From NCBI GenBank assembly GCA_020536535.1, contig JAHLWZ010000814.1, positions 53,789 through 117,788 on the forward strand: a stretch of 64,000 nt of DNA. Reading direction: 5' to 3'. The DNA comes from Pelomyxa schiedti. Lineage: Eukaryota; Protista; Evosea. This document shows positions 12,766 to 24,684 of this stretch, piece by piece (the stretch's first letter is position 1; each line of letters starts with the position of its first letter). The translations under genes and the position numbers were made by a program. The notes under the pieces were generated by a model. It was not told the origin of the DNA, made no database searches, and worked only from the letters and a program-made list of their open reading frames with translations.

Positions 12766-15700
12766 ATGGGTGAGACACCACGGGGGGGGAAAAAAAAAGC
12801 TGCATTGGCGAATGGGCAACAGAACGCACCACCCCAATCAATTAACACACCCATAATGATGACACTTAGCTTACGAGTTGCACACGCACGCGCAACACAA
12901 CGACGTTGCTGGCCTGGCTGCATGTTTGAAGAGGGGTGACAATATCAACTGTGTATTTAGCTTTTCCTCTATGTTTATTACCTTTCTTTTTCTTTTTTTC
13001 CCCCGCAATGCCCTAATACTCTACTGCAGCAGGTTTCTTTTTTGTTGTTTTCTTTCTGGCAAATTTCTTACACAAATCCATTGGGTTTCTTTCACTTTGA
13101 CAGCTGGTATGGGTTGCTTCCTTGACTTTTCTTTTCTAACTCCCAAAATTAAAGCCAGTATGTTCATCTCATTGGCTTCTATGATTTTTAATTCCCTCTA
13201 GGATGTATGGAAGGGAAGGGGAGAAAACTTCCAACTTTATTTTCTTACATCTCCTCCCTCATCCCTCCCCCCCAAAAAAAAATTCAATCTGGGACTTGGA
13301 CTAAACAAAGTCGGTAAGTTGTGTTGTGAGTGTACCCAAGTTAAAAAGTTGGGATGATGGGATGGGGATGTGGTGGAGAGTAAATGTGTTGTTTACTTTT
13401 TTTTGATGCAAATTTAGTGGGTATGCTACTCCCTAGGTTTAAGTGAGAACTAAATAAATTTCAAATAACTTCTTGCCTTGGAAAAGTTCAAAGTATTCCC
13501 ACATTTCACATTTCTTCTGTTCTCATTTATAAAATAGAATGTAAGCCTTCCCTCTAGCTATCTTTGATATTAATCAAAACTTGATCCATTGATTCACTTT
13601 GAAAGGGGGTGAGTCCTCATTACTTTACCTTCAAAAACTTAGTTGTTTTTTTAAAAAAAATTCAGCCTGTATGTTTCTTACTTTACTTTTTTCCTGAGTT
13701 TAACTTTGTTGATATGGTGTCACTCCTAATAGAGAGTACATTCCTTCTCCATTCCTCCCAACTCTTAACTAATTCGATTGTAGAATGTGTGCCTCTTTCA
13801 AAATCTCCTTTGACTTTTAACAAGGATCCAAGGACACCCCACTTCACATAGCGTGCAGACTTGGTCACTTTGAGGCAACTGAGTTTCTAATACAAAGTGG
13901 AGCAGATCAGACCATCAAAAATAGTGCACATCGAACACCAATGCAAAATGCGAGCCCCAAACTTGTTCAACATCTTGCAGGTGTGCTGCAGTTTTCCCTC
14001 TAAGATTAACATTCTTTAACAGCTTCAAAACAAATGACTCCCTCTACCCCTGTTGAACCTCCACCTCCTACCCCTCCTACACCTCCTACTCTTGATATAT
14101 CGCATAACGAAAGCTCTGGCTTGAGTTCAACGGAAGCCGTACTGCTGCCACCAGTTGAAGCAGCACCACTACCCCCAACTGAAGCAGCTCCACTGCCACC
14201 CGTCTCACCGTCACTGAGTACAACTCCAAGCCCCCCCACTTCTTCAACACCAACTACGTCTACAAAAACTGTGGTATGGCCAAAAAGTCGTTTCCTTTCT
14301 TCCAAGATTACCTTAGAATGAATTTGGACGAACTCTGGCGAATTCTGTACTGCCTGGCACGAGCGTTCCTTATGTGATTGAACAATGCATCACTCATCTG
14401 ACTTCACTTATTCAAAGCAATGCTCTTCCTTTGGATATATTTTCTCCTTTGCCACCTGGTCATGAACCAGTCACTGCACTTAAGGCAAACTTTGAGGTGC
14501 ATGATGGATCAAGTTCGACTCCATCTCCTCTCTCAACAACTCCTTCTTTGACTCCTCAAGTCATTGCAACTGTTCTTTTGACATACCTCCAGCAGTTACC
14601 ACACCCTCTACTTCCTGGCGCATACTATTATACCGGTCTGTAGAAATACTATGGGGTTGTTTTGTCCTCTCACTGTTTCCATTAGCTCTTCGAATAGCCT
14701 GCATTCCTTGTGAGCCTCACCGTCTTCACCAAATCCGAGTTCTCATCACCAAATTACCTTCAATACCACGTGCCACCATCCTGCGATTATGTTCTTTCCT
14801 TTCTTCGTCAAAAATCCCCCTCCCAGTAATCATTTCTCTATTCACCCCTCTTATACTGCGGCAGCAACACCAACAGACAACACACACAGCACCAGAGGAA
14901 CCTCAGCTTCACCACGAAGCAGCACAAATATTTGTTAGACTTATTTTGGAGAATATGGAATTCATGTCACTCCAAGTGCAGATAGATCCAGTAAATGAGA
15001 GCGAATACAGCTTCTTGCTCAAAGGGAAAGCTCAACAAGACCAAAAAGGTATCCGAGTTAGTTTCTAAAACTAATGCAATGTAGGAAATGATGTCATATT
15101 GGATTTTAAGAAAGGAGACCTCATCCATCTCATTGCGGTATACAAAGAGGGGTGGCTAGAGGGTGTTGCAGTAGGCGCAGGAGGTGGCCTGGGCTCTGGA
15201 ACCAAGGGCTTAGTACCTGTTCCAAGCATAGTTTTAATGGCCGTAAGCGAGAGCATTCCATTACCAGGATTGCCATCTGCAGTTAAAGTGTGTAGGAGTT
15301 AGTTTTACAACCTCTAAGAGTACTTTAGGCTGGCCCTGAAATGTGTGGTAAACAAGTTTCAACACCGCTACCAGAAGTTTGTATACTTTACTCCTTTTTT
15401 CCCCACCATCATTCAATCTGACCTCTTCAGGTACCTACACCAGTAACAAAAGAAGAAGTTCATGAGGTATTATTTTTCTCAGAGTTAACCTAACCTAATG
15501 GGGGAAAAAAGGAAAAAAAGAAGAAGGTAAATGGATGGCGGGAATATTTTCGTGATAACGTGATGTTAATAGGGCTTTCTCTCTGGTCTCAAATCTCGGA
15601 TTGGGGTATGGCCTACAGTCCTTATGCCAATTTTGACATTTGTAAGGGCAAGAAAGATGCTCCTACTTCTTCAACCACATCAGGCACTACAACTACGACA

Positions 15701-17475
15701 CCAACGCCAACACCAACAGCAGCTTTACCTACACCCACAACTACAGCTGCCACACCTCCTTCACTCCCACCAGGATGGAAAGAAGGGTTTGATCCAGCAA
15801 ACCGGAAGGCCTATTACATCAATATGTACACAAGAAAAGCACAGGTTTCTCTTCTACAGTCACTGCAACCTGAATAACAATCTCCACAGTGGGTAAGACC
15901 TACAGCTCCAGCAGGACCGGGAACAATTGATCCTGCACAACAGAAGATGATGATGATGCAGCAGCAACAACAAATGGTGATGATGCAACAGCAACAACTA
16001 CTCCTAGCACAACAACAACAGATGTTAAACGGGGGAATGGTTGGCGTTAACCCAGGAATGACTATGGGAATGCTTCCTGGAGCAACAGTGGACGCTGCAT
16101 TACAGGAAAAAATGGAGGCTTTGCACATGGCAGAGGTGGAAATGGAGAAGCGCCAGGTTTCACTCGTAGCTTCCATTCTTTTCCTGATAAGGCCGTCAGG
16201 AAGCACTCAAAAAAAAAGAGGAACACCTCGAAGCACAACGTCGTGTTGACCAACTTGCCAGAGGTGGTCAGAAACCCAACTGGCAAATAGAATATTCTGA
16301 AATCGAACTTCTGAACCAAATTGGAGAGGGTGGATTTGGTAAAGTACGTATTCCAAACAGAGGGACAAAGGAAAACAACATCATAGGTCTTTCGTGGAAG
16401 ATGGAGAGGCACTGAGGTTGCTGTAAAAACTCTTAAAGGTGGGGAAGACGCTTCTGTCCAGGAGGTGGCCGTTTTTTCCAAAGAAGTGTCTATTTTGCGT
16501 TCATTGCACCACCCACAACTTGTACTATTCTTGGGAGCTTGCCTATCACCTGTGCTTGCGATGGTATTTTTTTAATGGGTGCAAGTCCTATCTGATTTCC
16601 CTTTAGGTATCAGAATTTATGACAGGAGGCAGCTTGTACGATTTATTGTGGGTTTGACTTTGATAAGCTTCTCTGTAAATACCATTAGGTACAAGAGTAG
16701 AATTCTTCCCAATCCAATCCAACGGCAAGTTTACGCACTCGATATCGCAAAGGCTATGGCCTATCTTCACAACTGTAGACCCCCAATCATTCACCGGTAT
16801 ATTTGATCTATTTCTTTCTTTCGTACTCACACCCTATCAGGGACTTGAAGAGTGCAAGTATAAACCAAGTTCATTACACGCCAAGTACTCACAAAATTTC
16901 AGACATCTTGCTCGATGAAAAGGGTGAGCATGCGAAGGTATGTGATGTAGGCCTTGCTAGAGTGAAAAGTGACAACGTTGTTTTAACTGGAGCAGTTGGT
17001 ACATTCGCGGTATGCATCGAACAGCTCAACCAACTCATAAGAATAACCACGACAACTTACAACCCTAATCACAGTGGATGCCACCTGAGATGATGAAGGG
17101 TCTTCAGTACGACGAACGCGTCGATGTATACAGCTATGGCCTAATTCTGTATGAGCTTGTCACGGCAACAATACCGTTTGCCGGGCTGAATCCCACACAG
17201 GTAACCACCCTCCTGTAAAGCAATCCAATAACAAACAAACCACCCCAGATACAACACATGATAGCTACCCTGGATCAACGACCTCCCCTTCCATTTGATG
17301 TATGCTATGCTTAAACCCTCACAACAGCTCCCCGACTAGCAAACAACTAATAATTCAACCCCCGCAGCTTTCACCCAAATGGAGTACTCTTATCCAAACG
17401 TGCTGGGCTACAGACATGACACTCCGTCCCCCGTTCATGCGCATAATAGACACACTACCAACTATCAACATGTGA
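12766..17475 (+). CDS. Multidomain signalling kinase: ankyrin - RhoGAP-like - SH3 - WW - Q/M-rich - TKL kinase
   Basis: ATG G|intron|CT TAC GAG start (MAYELHTHAQHNDVAGL); ANK DTPLHIACRLGHFEATEFLIQSGAD; RhoGAP-like VPYVIEQCITHL...IATVLLTYLQQLPHPLL; SH3 LDFKKGDLIHL...EGWLEG...GLVPVPSI; WW LPPGWKEGFDPANRKAYYIN...QWVRP; kinase IGEGGFGKV, VAVK, HRDLKSAN, DVG, WMPPE, DVYSYG; TGA 17473-17475. Confidence 0.85.
12953..13832 (+). other. Array of 11 putative 3-nt micro-exons separated by 44-117-nt introns
   Basis: AG|NNN|GT at 13030 CAG, 13104 CTG, 13155 CCA, 13202 GAT, 13311 TCG, 13418 TGG, 13538 AAT, 13606 GGG, 13666 CCT, 13733 AGA, 13784 AAT; 8 of the 11 donors are GTATG, GTAAG or GTGAG. Confidence 0.72.
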
Positions 17476-17606
17476 TTCGAATCAAAAACAGAGAACCCCA
17501 AACATCGACACACAATTTTTTCAATTTACCAAAAAAGAACGATAAACGCGCTCCGGGGTGCGACCGACACAGGCATCCCACCCAGTCAGCCAGGCGAAAC
17601 ACGATT

Positions 17607-19544
17607 ATGGCACCACGCCTACCATCGACGTTTCGCGCAACAACAGCAACAGCATCGTCGTTATTGTGGCTCTGCTCCCTACTCCTTGCGTCCATATCTA
17701 CAGTCACATCCCAGGACACGTGCGTGACCCCCACGTCAGTAGTACTATCGTCGGGGTCCTCCTTGTTCTCGTTCTACTACAACACATCCGCGGCCACGAC
17801 GACCACCGAGTACACGTGCACCCGCGACGACGTCAACTCCAACGCCACGGCCGTCCCGACCTCGGGCCTGTTCCTCCGCTACTACAACAACCTGACGGCG
17901 TCGTCCCTGCTCCGCGTCCGCGTGTGCGCCCAAGGCGGCAGCGGCCAGTTCACGGCCCCGAGGGTGGAGGTGCGGCAGGCCTGCGGGACCGGCGACTGCG
18001 TGGCGGGCGCGGCGGTGCCCGACGTCGAGGGCGACAGGTTCAGCATCCAGCCGCTGTGCAGCTGCGCGGCCGGCCGCGACGACCCGGTGCAGTGGGGCAC
18101 GGGCGTCGTCAACCACACGTTCCTGGCGTGGCGCTGGGGCTCCTTCTCGGTGCTGGTGCAGGGGCTCGCGGGCTCCGCGGGGGGCGGGCAGGGCCCGCTG
18201 GGGGTGGCGCTGGGGGACGACGCGGCGGCGGCGGGGAGCCTGAGCAGCGGGGTGGTGTGCGGCACCGTGCAGGCGGTGCCGTTCTCGCCCGGCGGCACCT
18301 GCGACACCTCGCAGGTGGTGCGGGCCGTGCCGGCGACCGTCGCCGCGCAGACCACGAACCTGGCCGAGTCGAGCGTGTCGGCGTCGTGCGGCGACGTGGT
18401 GAGGGGCGGCCAGCAGGGACTGTGGGTCAGGATCAACGGCACCGCCGTGGCTCCTACGACGAGGAAGCTGACTGTGCACTCGTGCAACTCGGGCACACGA
18501 ATGAATACTGTGATATCTGTCATGACATCTTCGACTGCCTCGGCGACGCCCAGTTCAATGTGCCAGGAGTCCTTCACGTGCGTGCAGCAGAGCCGCATTC
18601 CGGCGACTAGCTGTGCCTCTGGAAACCCTGCAATTACCTGGGAAGCTTCCAGCGACACGCAGTACGCTGTTTATGTAACCTCCTTGGACCCGTATCGATC
18701 GGGGCTTGTTGAGCTGGACCTAATTGAGGGGGAATTGCAGAGCAATATAGAGTGCCAATCACCAACAGCAATTGTATTTGCGGAGCAGGAAACTAACTCG
18801 GTAGTTGTTGATGATACAAGGAAGGTAGTGATGACATCGAGCACCTGTCAAGACTCTGTACAAACTATGTGGTACGAATTGGAAGCGGCAGAGGGAATGA
18901 TATACAACTTTAATATAGTGTCCAAGACCTCTGATGTGTCTTACCCGTGGGTGCCTACAATGGAACTTTACACCTCATGTGATGCTGGTAGGGTATGTTT
19001 GGCCTCAGGAACGAATGTAAGTGTACATGGAGTCACAAAGATTCTACTCTCTGTCATCCCATCATCGCGATCTTTCCGTGCAGGCCCGTTCAAACTCACA
19101 GTTACACGGTCTCCAAGCTCCATATCCGAACCAACTACAGGGTTTTCTGGCTGTTGTTCCTCTGTCAGTTCATCACAAAGCTCCAGCAGTGTCAGCCTTA
19201 GCAGCAGCAGCAGAAGCTCAAGCAGCAAGAGCTTCAGCTCAAGCAGTGATAGTTTCAGCTCAAGCAGCAGCATAAGCATTTCATTTGAGACCCCAAGTTC
19301 CACAGTTCCAAGTACAGAATCGAGCCCACTTACATCATCTGAGGCCAAGTCCTATACCCTGTTGATAGCTGGAATTGTGACTACCTGTATATTGTTGCTG
19401 GTAGCAGGAGGTGTTGCACTCGTTGTAGTTATTGTGAGATACTACAGGGCACACAAGTACGCAAAGATAACAACAGAGGGAGAGCTAGTAAAGGACAACA
19501 CATTTTCAACTGACTTAGATGCTGGAGTTGCAACTATAAACTAG
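17607..19544 (+). CDS. Single-exon type I membrane protein with Cys-containing ectodomain and Ser-rich stalk
   Basis: Signal peptide MAPRLP...LLWLCSLLLASISTVTS; long uninterrupted ORF; poly-Ser stalk; TM LLIAGIVTTCILLLVAGGVALVVVIV followed by RYYRAHK. The ORF-track start at 17379 overlaps the kinase 3' end. Confidence 0.8.
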   Translation: MAPRLPSTFRATTATASSLLWLCSLLLASISTVTSQDTCVTPTSVVLSSGSSLFSFYYNTSAATTTTEYTCTRDDVNSNATAVPTSGLFLRYYNNLTASSLLRVRVCAQGGSGQFTAPRVEVRQACGTGDCVAGAAVPDVEGDRFSIQPLCSCAAGRDDPVQWGTGVVNHTFLAWRWGSFSVLVQGLAGSAGGGQGPLGVALGDDAAAAGSLSSGVVCGTVQAVPFSPGGTCDTSQVVRAVPATVAAQTTNLAESSVSASCGDVVRGGQQGLWVRINGTAVAPTTRKLTVHSCNSGTRMNTVISVMTSSTASATPSSMCQESFTCVQQSRIPATSCASGNPAITWEASSDTQYAVYVTSLDPYRSGLVELDLIEGELQSNIECQSPTAIVFAEQETNSVVVDDTRKVVMTSSTCQDSVQTMWYELEAAEGMIYNFNIVSKTSDVSYPWVPTMELYTSCDAGRVCLASGTNVSVHGVTKILLSVIPSSRSFRAGPFKLTVTRSPSSISEPTTGFSGCCSSVSSSQSSSSVSLSSSSRSSSSKSFSSSSDSFSSSSSISISFETPSSTVPSTESSPLTSSEAKSYTLLIAGIVTTCILLLVAGGVALVVVIVRYYRAHKYAKITTEGELVKDNTFSTDLDAGVATIN

Positions 19545-19710
19545 TGGAAAGGCCCTAGGAGAGCTGGATGGTTTTTGTTGTCACAAAGCATTATGAAAAA
19601 AAAAAGTATTAAAAAAAACCCAGAAAAAGTAGTCTCCCTTAATTTATTACAAGCCTTGATACAGTGGGAGATGTTGGGTTTCTCCTTTGTCCTAAGGCAA
19701 TTTTGATGTG

Positions 19711-20510
19711 TTAGGACTTTGCTTTGGAGGCATCTTTCAGCCGTCCAGTAAGCCACTCAATGCCCTCCCACAGACCGACTCCATTTCTGGCGTTTGTTTG
19801 TTGTATTAAGTAGGGTCTTCCTCTTGCGAGCTCATCCAGTCCTAGTTTCTCGCCGAGTTGGTCTGATGTAACTGCTCCGGTTTTATCCTGCTTGTTGGCA
19901 AGAACAAGCAGCGGTGCTGTTTTGAGTGAGGGAACTTGCATAATCTTTGCAAGTTCGCTGGTGGATTCCTTAAATCGCGAGGATTCCGATGCGTCAACAA
20001 CAAATATCACACCCTCTGCAAATGTGAAGTATTCACTCCATAGAGGCCGGACCTAACAAATAGTCAATGTGCTGAGTGTCATAAAGCGCTGTACATACAT
20101 TTTCGTGACCTCCAAGATCCCAGAGAGTGAGCTAATAAATCTTAAGTGGGAAGAGAAGGACTGAGGGGAAAATACCCAACCTTTGCTCCTGCCGTTTCAA
20201 TTACTTCCACATTCTGTGTTGCGCGTGAGAATAGGAAAGTAATTTGTGGTGTGAAGTACAAAACCCAGAGTCGGCTCTGAATCCACTCTCTCCCCTCTTT
20301 CCAGCAATAAGGAACACACACAATCAAGAAATGATCGCTAAACAAACTAAACTGCCATACGCACTTGTGTAACCGATGAAGCACTGTTGTCTTCCCAGCA
20401 TTATCCAACCTGATAATTAACGATATTAGACACACAGGTCCTATAAACTGGTATTCGTACCCGACTATCATCACTCGGTGCTCCACGAGTTTGCTCTTAC
20501 CACCGCCCAT
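19711..20510 (-). CDS. Arf-like small GTPase (ARL) with His in the G3 motif
   Basis: MGGGKSK N-terminus; GLDNAGKTT; PTLGFNVE; WDLGGHENVRPLW; IFVVDAS; LANKQD; TNARNGVGLWEGIEWL; four introns. Confidence 0.9.
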
Positions 20511-20936
20511 TTCGTCGTTGCTAATTAATTTGAGATCTGGACCCGCCAAAAGGGACACATTACAACCTAGACGAAGCAGGCAACGAATAACGCCAAACGG
20601 TTTTGATTTTGTGAAGAAAGGGAAAAATAAACACCCTGAACTGTCTCAAGACTCTGTGGTTCTCCTGTTGGGTTTGTTACAACATCAACTGGAGACCCAG
20701 TATTCTACTGAGTGACTAGGGATAACTTGGCTGTTTTGTGGGTCACAAACTAATTGCACCAAATTCGTGGTGAACAGGAAATGGGTAGTTTTGTTGATCA
20801 GGTGTGTTGCCTGCAACTCTTACATTAATTCTTTGAAATTCCTACATAGAGGTGAGTTGAGGACTGCACAGTGGCAACATATGGAAATAGGGCTGTGATT
20901 ATTGTCTTTGGTGACACCTTTGGTGAGTTTTCCTGT

Positions 20937-21376
20937 TTATACCTCAGGGTGTCCAAGTGGGTGGTGAATAACAGCACAATTCTTGCGGAATGCTTCCCGT
21001 CCCTCCTTATCCCACACATTTACGTTTTCCTTGAGGTTTTTATATTTCGTTGTACTTTTTCAGGCCTACCTGTATGAACCTATCATACACACAGCCCAGA
21101 ATGGACCCTTCGGTAAAGTTCTCCCGTACTTCGCACACCTATTTTTACATGCGATGTAATACAATAAAGCACAATAAGGCAAAACAAAATACCACTGTTC
21201 ACATATTGCTCTTCCCAACGAAACGAAGATAGGCATACTTTCTTTATCACTGCCGAAGAGGAATTAAAAGCCACCTCTTTTTGCAACCTCCCGAGGTACC
21301 CCATCCCATAAGGAGTCATTGTTAGCACCACTGCCGTAAATATCACAAGCCAAACGGCTACGCCCACGTTCTTCAT
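20937..21376 (-). CDS. Small hypothetical protein with N-terminal hydrophobic segment
   Basis: MKNVGVAVWLVIFTAVVLTM..., two plausible phase-0 introns giving VCEVRENFTEGSILGCVYDRFIQ|ENVNVWDKEGREAFRKNCAVIHHPLGHPEV; 3' end uncertain. Confidence 0.4.
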
Positions 21377-21539
21377 TTTGCCCTGGCACTCTCAAGCACT
21401 TTTTTATTCCTTTTTATTTTTTTGAAAAAAAATTGCCATAAACCAAAAGAAAAAAGAGCCTGCTGAAATGTCCTTTGGTGCAAGGGTAGAGCCCAAGCCA
21501 GTGTTAATAGAATACAACATGTAAAATGGTGACTGAACT

Positions 21540-24487
21540 TCACTCCGTTTTTTGGGTGAGTGCTCTAAGCCTCTCCAGGTTTATCCTTGATTTCTTAGGT
21601 GGGACTGGTTTCACTTTCTTGTTCACACTGGGTCTCTTTCTGGACTTCTTGGTGTTTCTTTTCTTGGTTGTAGGGTCAGAGTCAGGTATTACAGTGGTGG
21701 GACTAGGTGGAATGTTTCTGCTTGCTCTCATTTCTGAGAACACTTGCCTCTGGACCTCGGCGTCACATTTGTCAAGAGGTACAATGCAAGCATTTACTTC
21801 TTCATCATCAGATGTGTTGTAGAGGTAACTTTCTTGGTTGCGGTATTGGGCAAGCAGGGAATCAAGGTGTCCTCCTAGTATACTCTCAGGCTGGCAACCT
21901 CTGTGTAGGAGTTCCTCTATTTGTGCATCTTCAAGATCAAGTGAGCCAAACAAGTCAGCATCTTCCTTGCTCATATTCATAAAAGGAGTGTACTCGGCGA
22001 GTGGGTTGTCTTCTTGTATCTTAGTATCCATGAACAGGGACCTATTTGCTATCTCAATGCGCTTAACTGCCTGCTGGACTTTATAAGCAAGTCTGGCCCT
22101 TTTTTGCTGGAGTGTTATGTAGGCCTTGGGTAATTGTGACGTCCCTTGCAAAAGGGGTGGTTGCCGGTGTTTTGGTTTTGTGGATGTGCCAGTCAGAGGT
22201 GCAGAGGGTGTAGGAGTGTATGGTGTGTTAGAGGGTGCGGGAGTGTACGGTGCGTTAGAGGGTGCACGAGTGAATGGCGTGATGGCCGGAGATGGACTAG
22301 TCAACAGTCTTGTACTTTGTGGGAGTGAACAGGGTACAGATGGGGGAGGAGATTGACTTCCAGTGGAAGTGGGAATTACTGCAGGGCTTGCTGTTTTATC
22401 TTTCCGGCGGATAGTTGGCATTTGTGGAGTTTGGATCTGTGGTGTACCCTGTGATAGTGGGGGTTGTGGTGGCAAAGGTGAAGGTGAAGGCGAAGGCGAA
22501 GGCGAAGGCGAAGGCGTACGCGGTGAAGGAGTGAGTGGTGGTGGTGTGACTGGTGGAGGGGTGAGTAAAGACTGTTTGACACCAACATGGCCACACAGAA
22601 GTTCGGGTTCAAACGGTGTGACTGCTTCTGCTTTTATGGGTGGAGGGGAGTTAACTGGTTCTACTACATGTTCACAATCAACATGAAAGTCTCTTCTCAA
22701 GACAGAGAGTTTAGTCAGACTTCTCATTGATAACTTTCTTTCTTTCATTGACATTACGGCTTTTTCCGTGCATGTTGAAAATTTTGGCTTATATGTGGCA
22801 TGGGGTATAGCTCTAACAACCATTTCCTGGGAAGTTGGCCCAGGCACGGAACAAGGTAACTCTATTGAGGTATCAGTGGGCAGTGGTGTGTTGCCAATGT
22901 TAGGAGAAGAAAGGCGAGTAGTCATATTGATAGGAGTACAAGCATTATCACAAATTGTTCGAATCAAGTGCAGGTTCTGCCCAGGGTTAAAATAGAGGCA
23001 GTAAAATGATAGAAATTACGTTGATAATGTAATTTAGGCTCGAACGTGCATCTTTGACTGAATGGAAAGCAAAAGGAGCTTTCTGTGAAGCGGCAAGAAG
23101 ACCTTGCAGAATATCGAGAACCCTAATGTCGTTAGGCTTGGCCATTGGAAAGTACACATACCTTCCTTCTACAACACCCCGACTGATTGCAAAAGACCGC
23201 CAAAGGATAGGACCGATTGGTTGTTTTACACCACTATACATGTTGGCGTGCAGAGAGAGTTCTCGTGGAAGCGTATAGTTGACATCCACAGACTCTAGAA
23301 CAAGCTGTAAGGCTGCTGCAGCGATCTGGGTTGGTTTTGCCCCGTTGAGCAAGTCATAGTCATGCAGAAAACTGATCAAATCCATTGTCTTCTTTACAAC
23401 CTGTTCGTCATCACACTTGGGCGGCTTTGTTGCGTCAATATTTCTATAGTCAGGTTGGATATCCTTCAGGGCACTGACAAGGAGAGATTTTGTGTCGAAT
23501 GGTGGTATTGAAGGGTTCAAAGCCTTCACACAAATTCTGTAAGCCTTTCCAATGGAAGTAGACCGGAAACCTGTTTTTTCCTGTAGAAAAGGGCTAGTCA
23601 AGGCAAGTAAAAGAAAGTAACTAACACACGGCAATTTGACTTAGAGTAAAGAAATGAAATCCATCTTTCTTCTGACGCCCAAACATGTAAATGAGTGCAG
23701 CAACCATCAATTTTCCAGAGACTCCCCCTCGCCAAACACCCTCTTTGAAATGAGTCCTGGAAGAATAACAGGATGGGGAAAATTACGGGTTCTCATGAAC
23801 TTAGTTGATGCCAATAACTCCCACTGTAGCCTCCCTTCATAGTTGAATTGCCTTGATACATATTCCACACTCTTTTTCATCATATCCTAAAGACCAGAAT
23901 AATGTTAATGGTTGCAGGGGACAAAAATTGAAGAAACCTCCACACGGCGTCTTTCAGGGAATTCCCCAGTCACCAGTGTCCCAGCTTTCCGCAACCGGCC
24001 TTAAATGCTTATCAGTCAATCAGTGGGGTGCATAGAAAAGGGGGATACCATTCACGGTAATTACTTCGTCCACTACTGTGAGTTGGCATTCCTCTGCGAC
24101 CTCCCCACACAACGTGCACACCTTCACGTCTGCCATGACCTCCAACATGTGCTTGCCGTCAGGTGCAACACTGCAGCGACTTGATTTTACTCGAGCACTT
24201 GCATTTGTGGCCTCTCTTCCCTCGCCACCATCCACGCACTCCGAGTCATTCAACGCGCCGGCGCCGTTTTTCGCGTCGACCCAGAACGTGTCGTCGGGGT
24301 TGGGAACTGCAGATGTGAAGGACGAGCGAGATCCAGTCTCGACAGTCTCGCAGTCCCACTCTTCTTCGTAGTCCTGGCCCGTGTCATCTTGCACTCCTGA
24401 GTCGTACGGATCTTCCGCCCTGTCAGATGCGTAGGCGTCTGTGTACGCATCTCCGTCTGCGTCCCCGTAATCCCCGTCATCTCCCAT
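21540..24487 (-). CDS. BRF1: TFIIB-related factor BRF1 (TFIIIB subunit)
   Basis: Zn-ribbon-like VCTLCGEV; cyclin-fold motif LLNGAKPTQIAAAAL; BRF1-like acidic blocks LDLEDAQIEELL and SDDEEVNACI; C-terminal KSRINLERLRAL. Confidence 0.72.
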
Positions 24488-24684
24488 TGCCGTTTATTTT
24501 TTCTTTTTTTCGAGTACGGTAATTTTCCACTTTGGCATGCAGCGAAATTGTGTCAACACAAAGCAGATTTTAGGCTTGCTCCTTTAACAAAACAGAAACG
24601 AAAAGAAAGAAAGCAAAGGGAGATTGGAGATTGGATTGAGAGAACTAGGTCTTTTTGTTATGTAACTATCTTGAGGGAACAAGT

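Noticed and set aside
17379-17606. N-terminal 76 codons of the 721-aa ORF
   Set aside because: Overlaps the kinase last exon in another frame; the signal peptide starts at ATG 17607.
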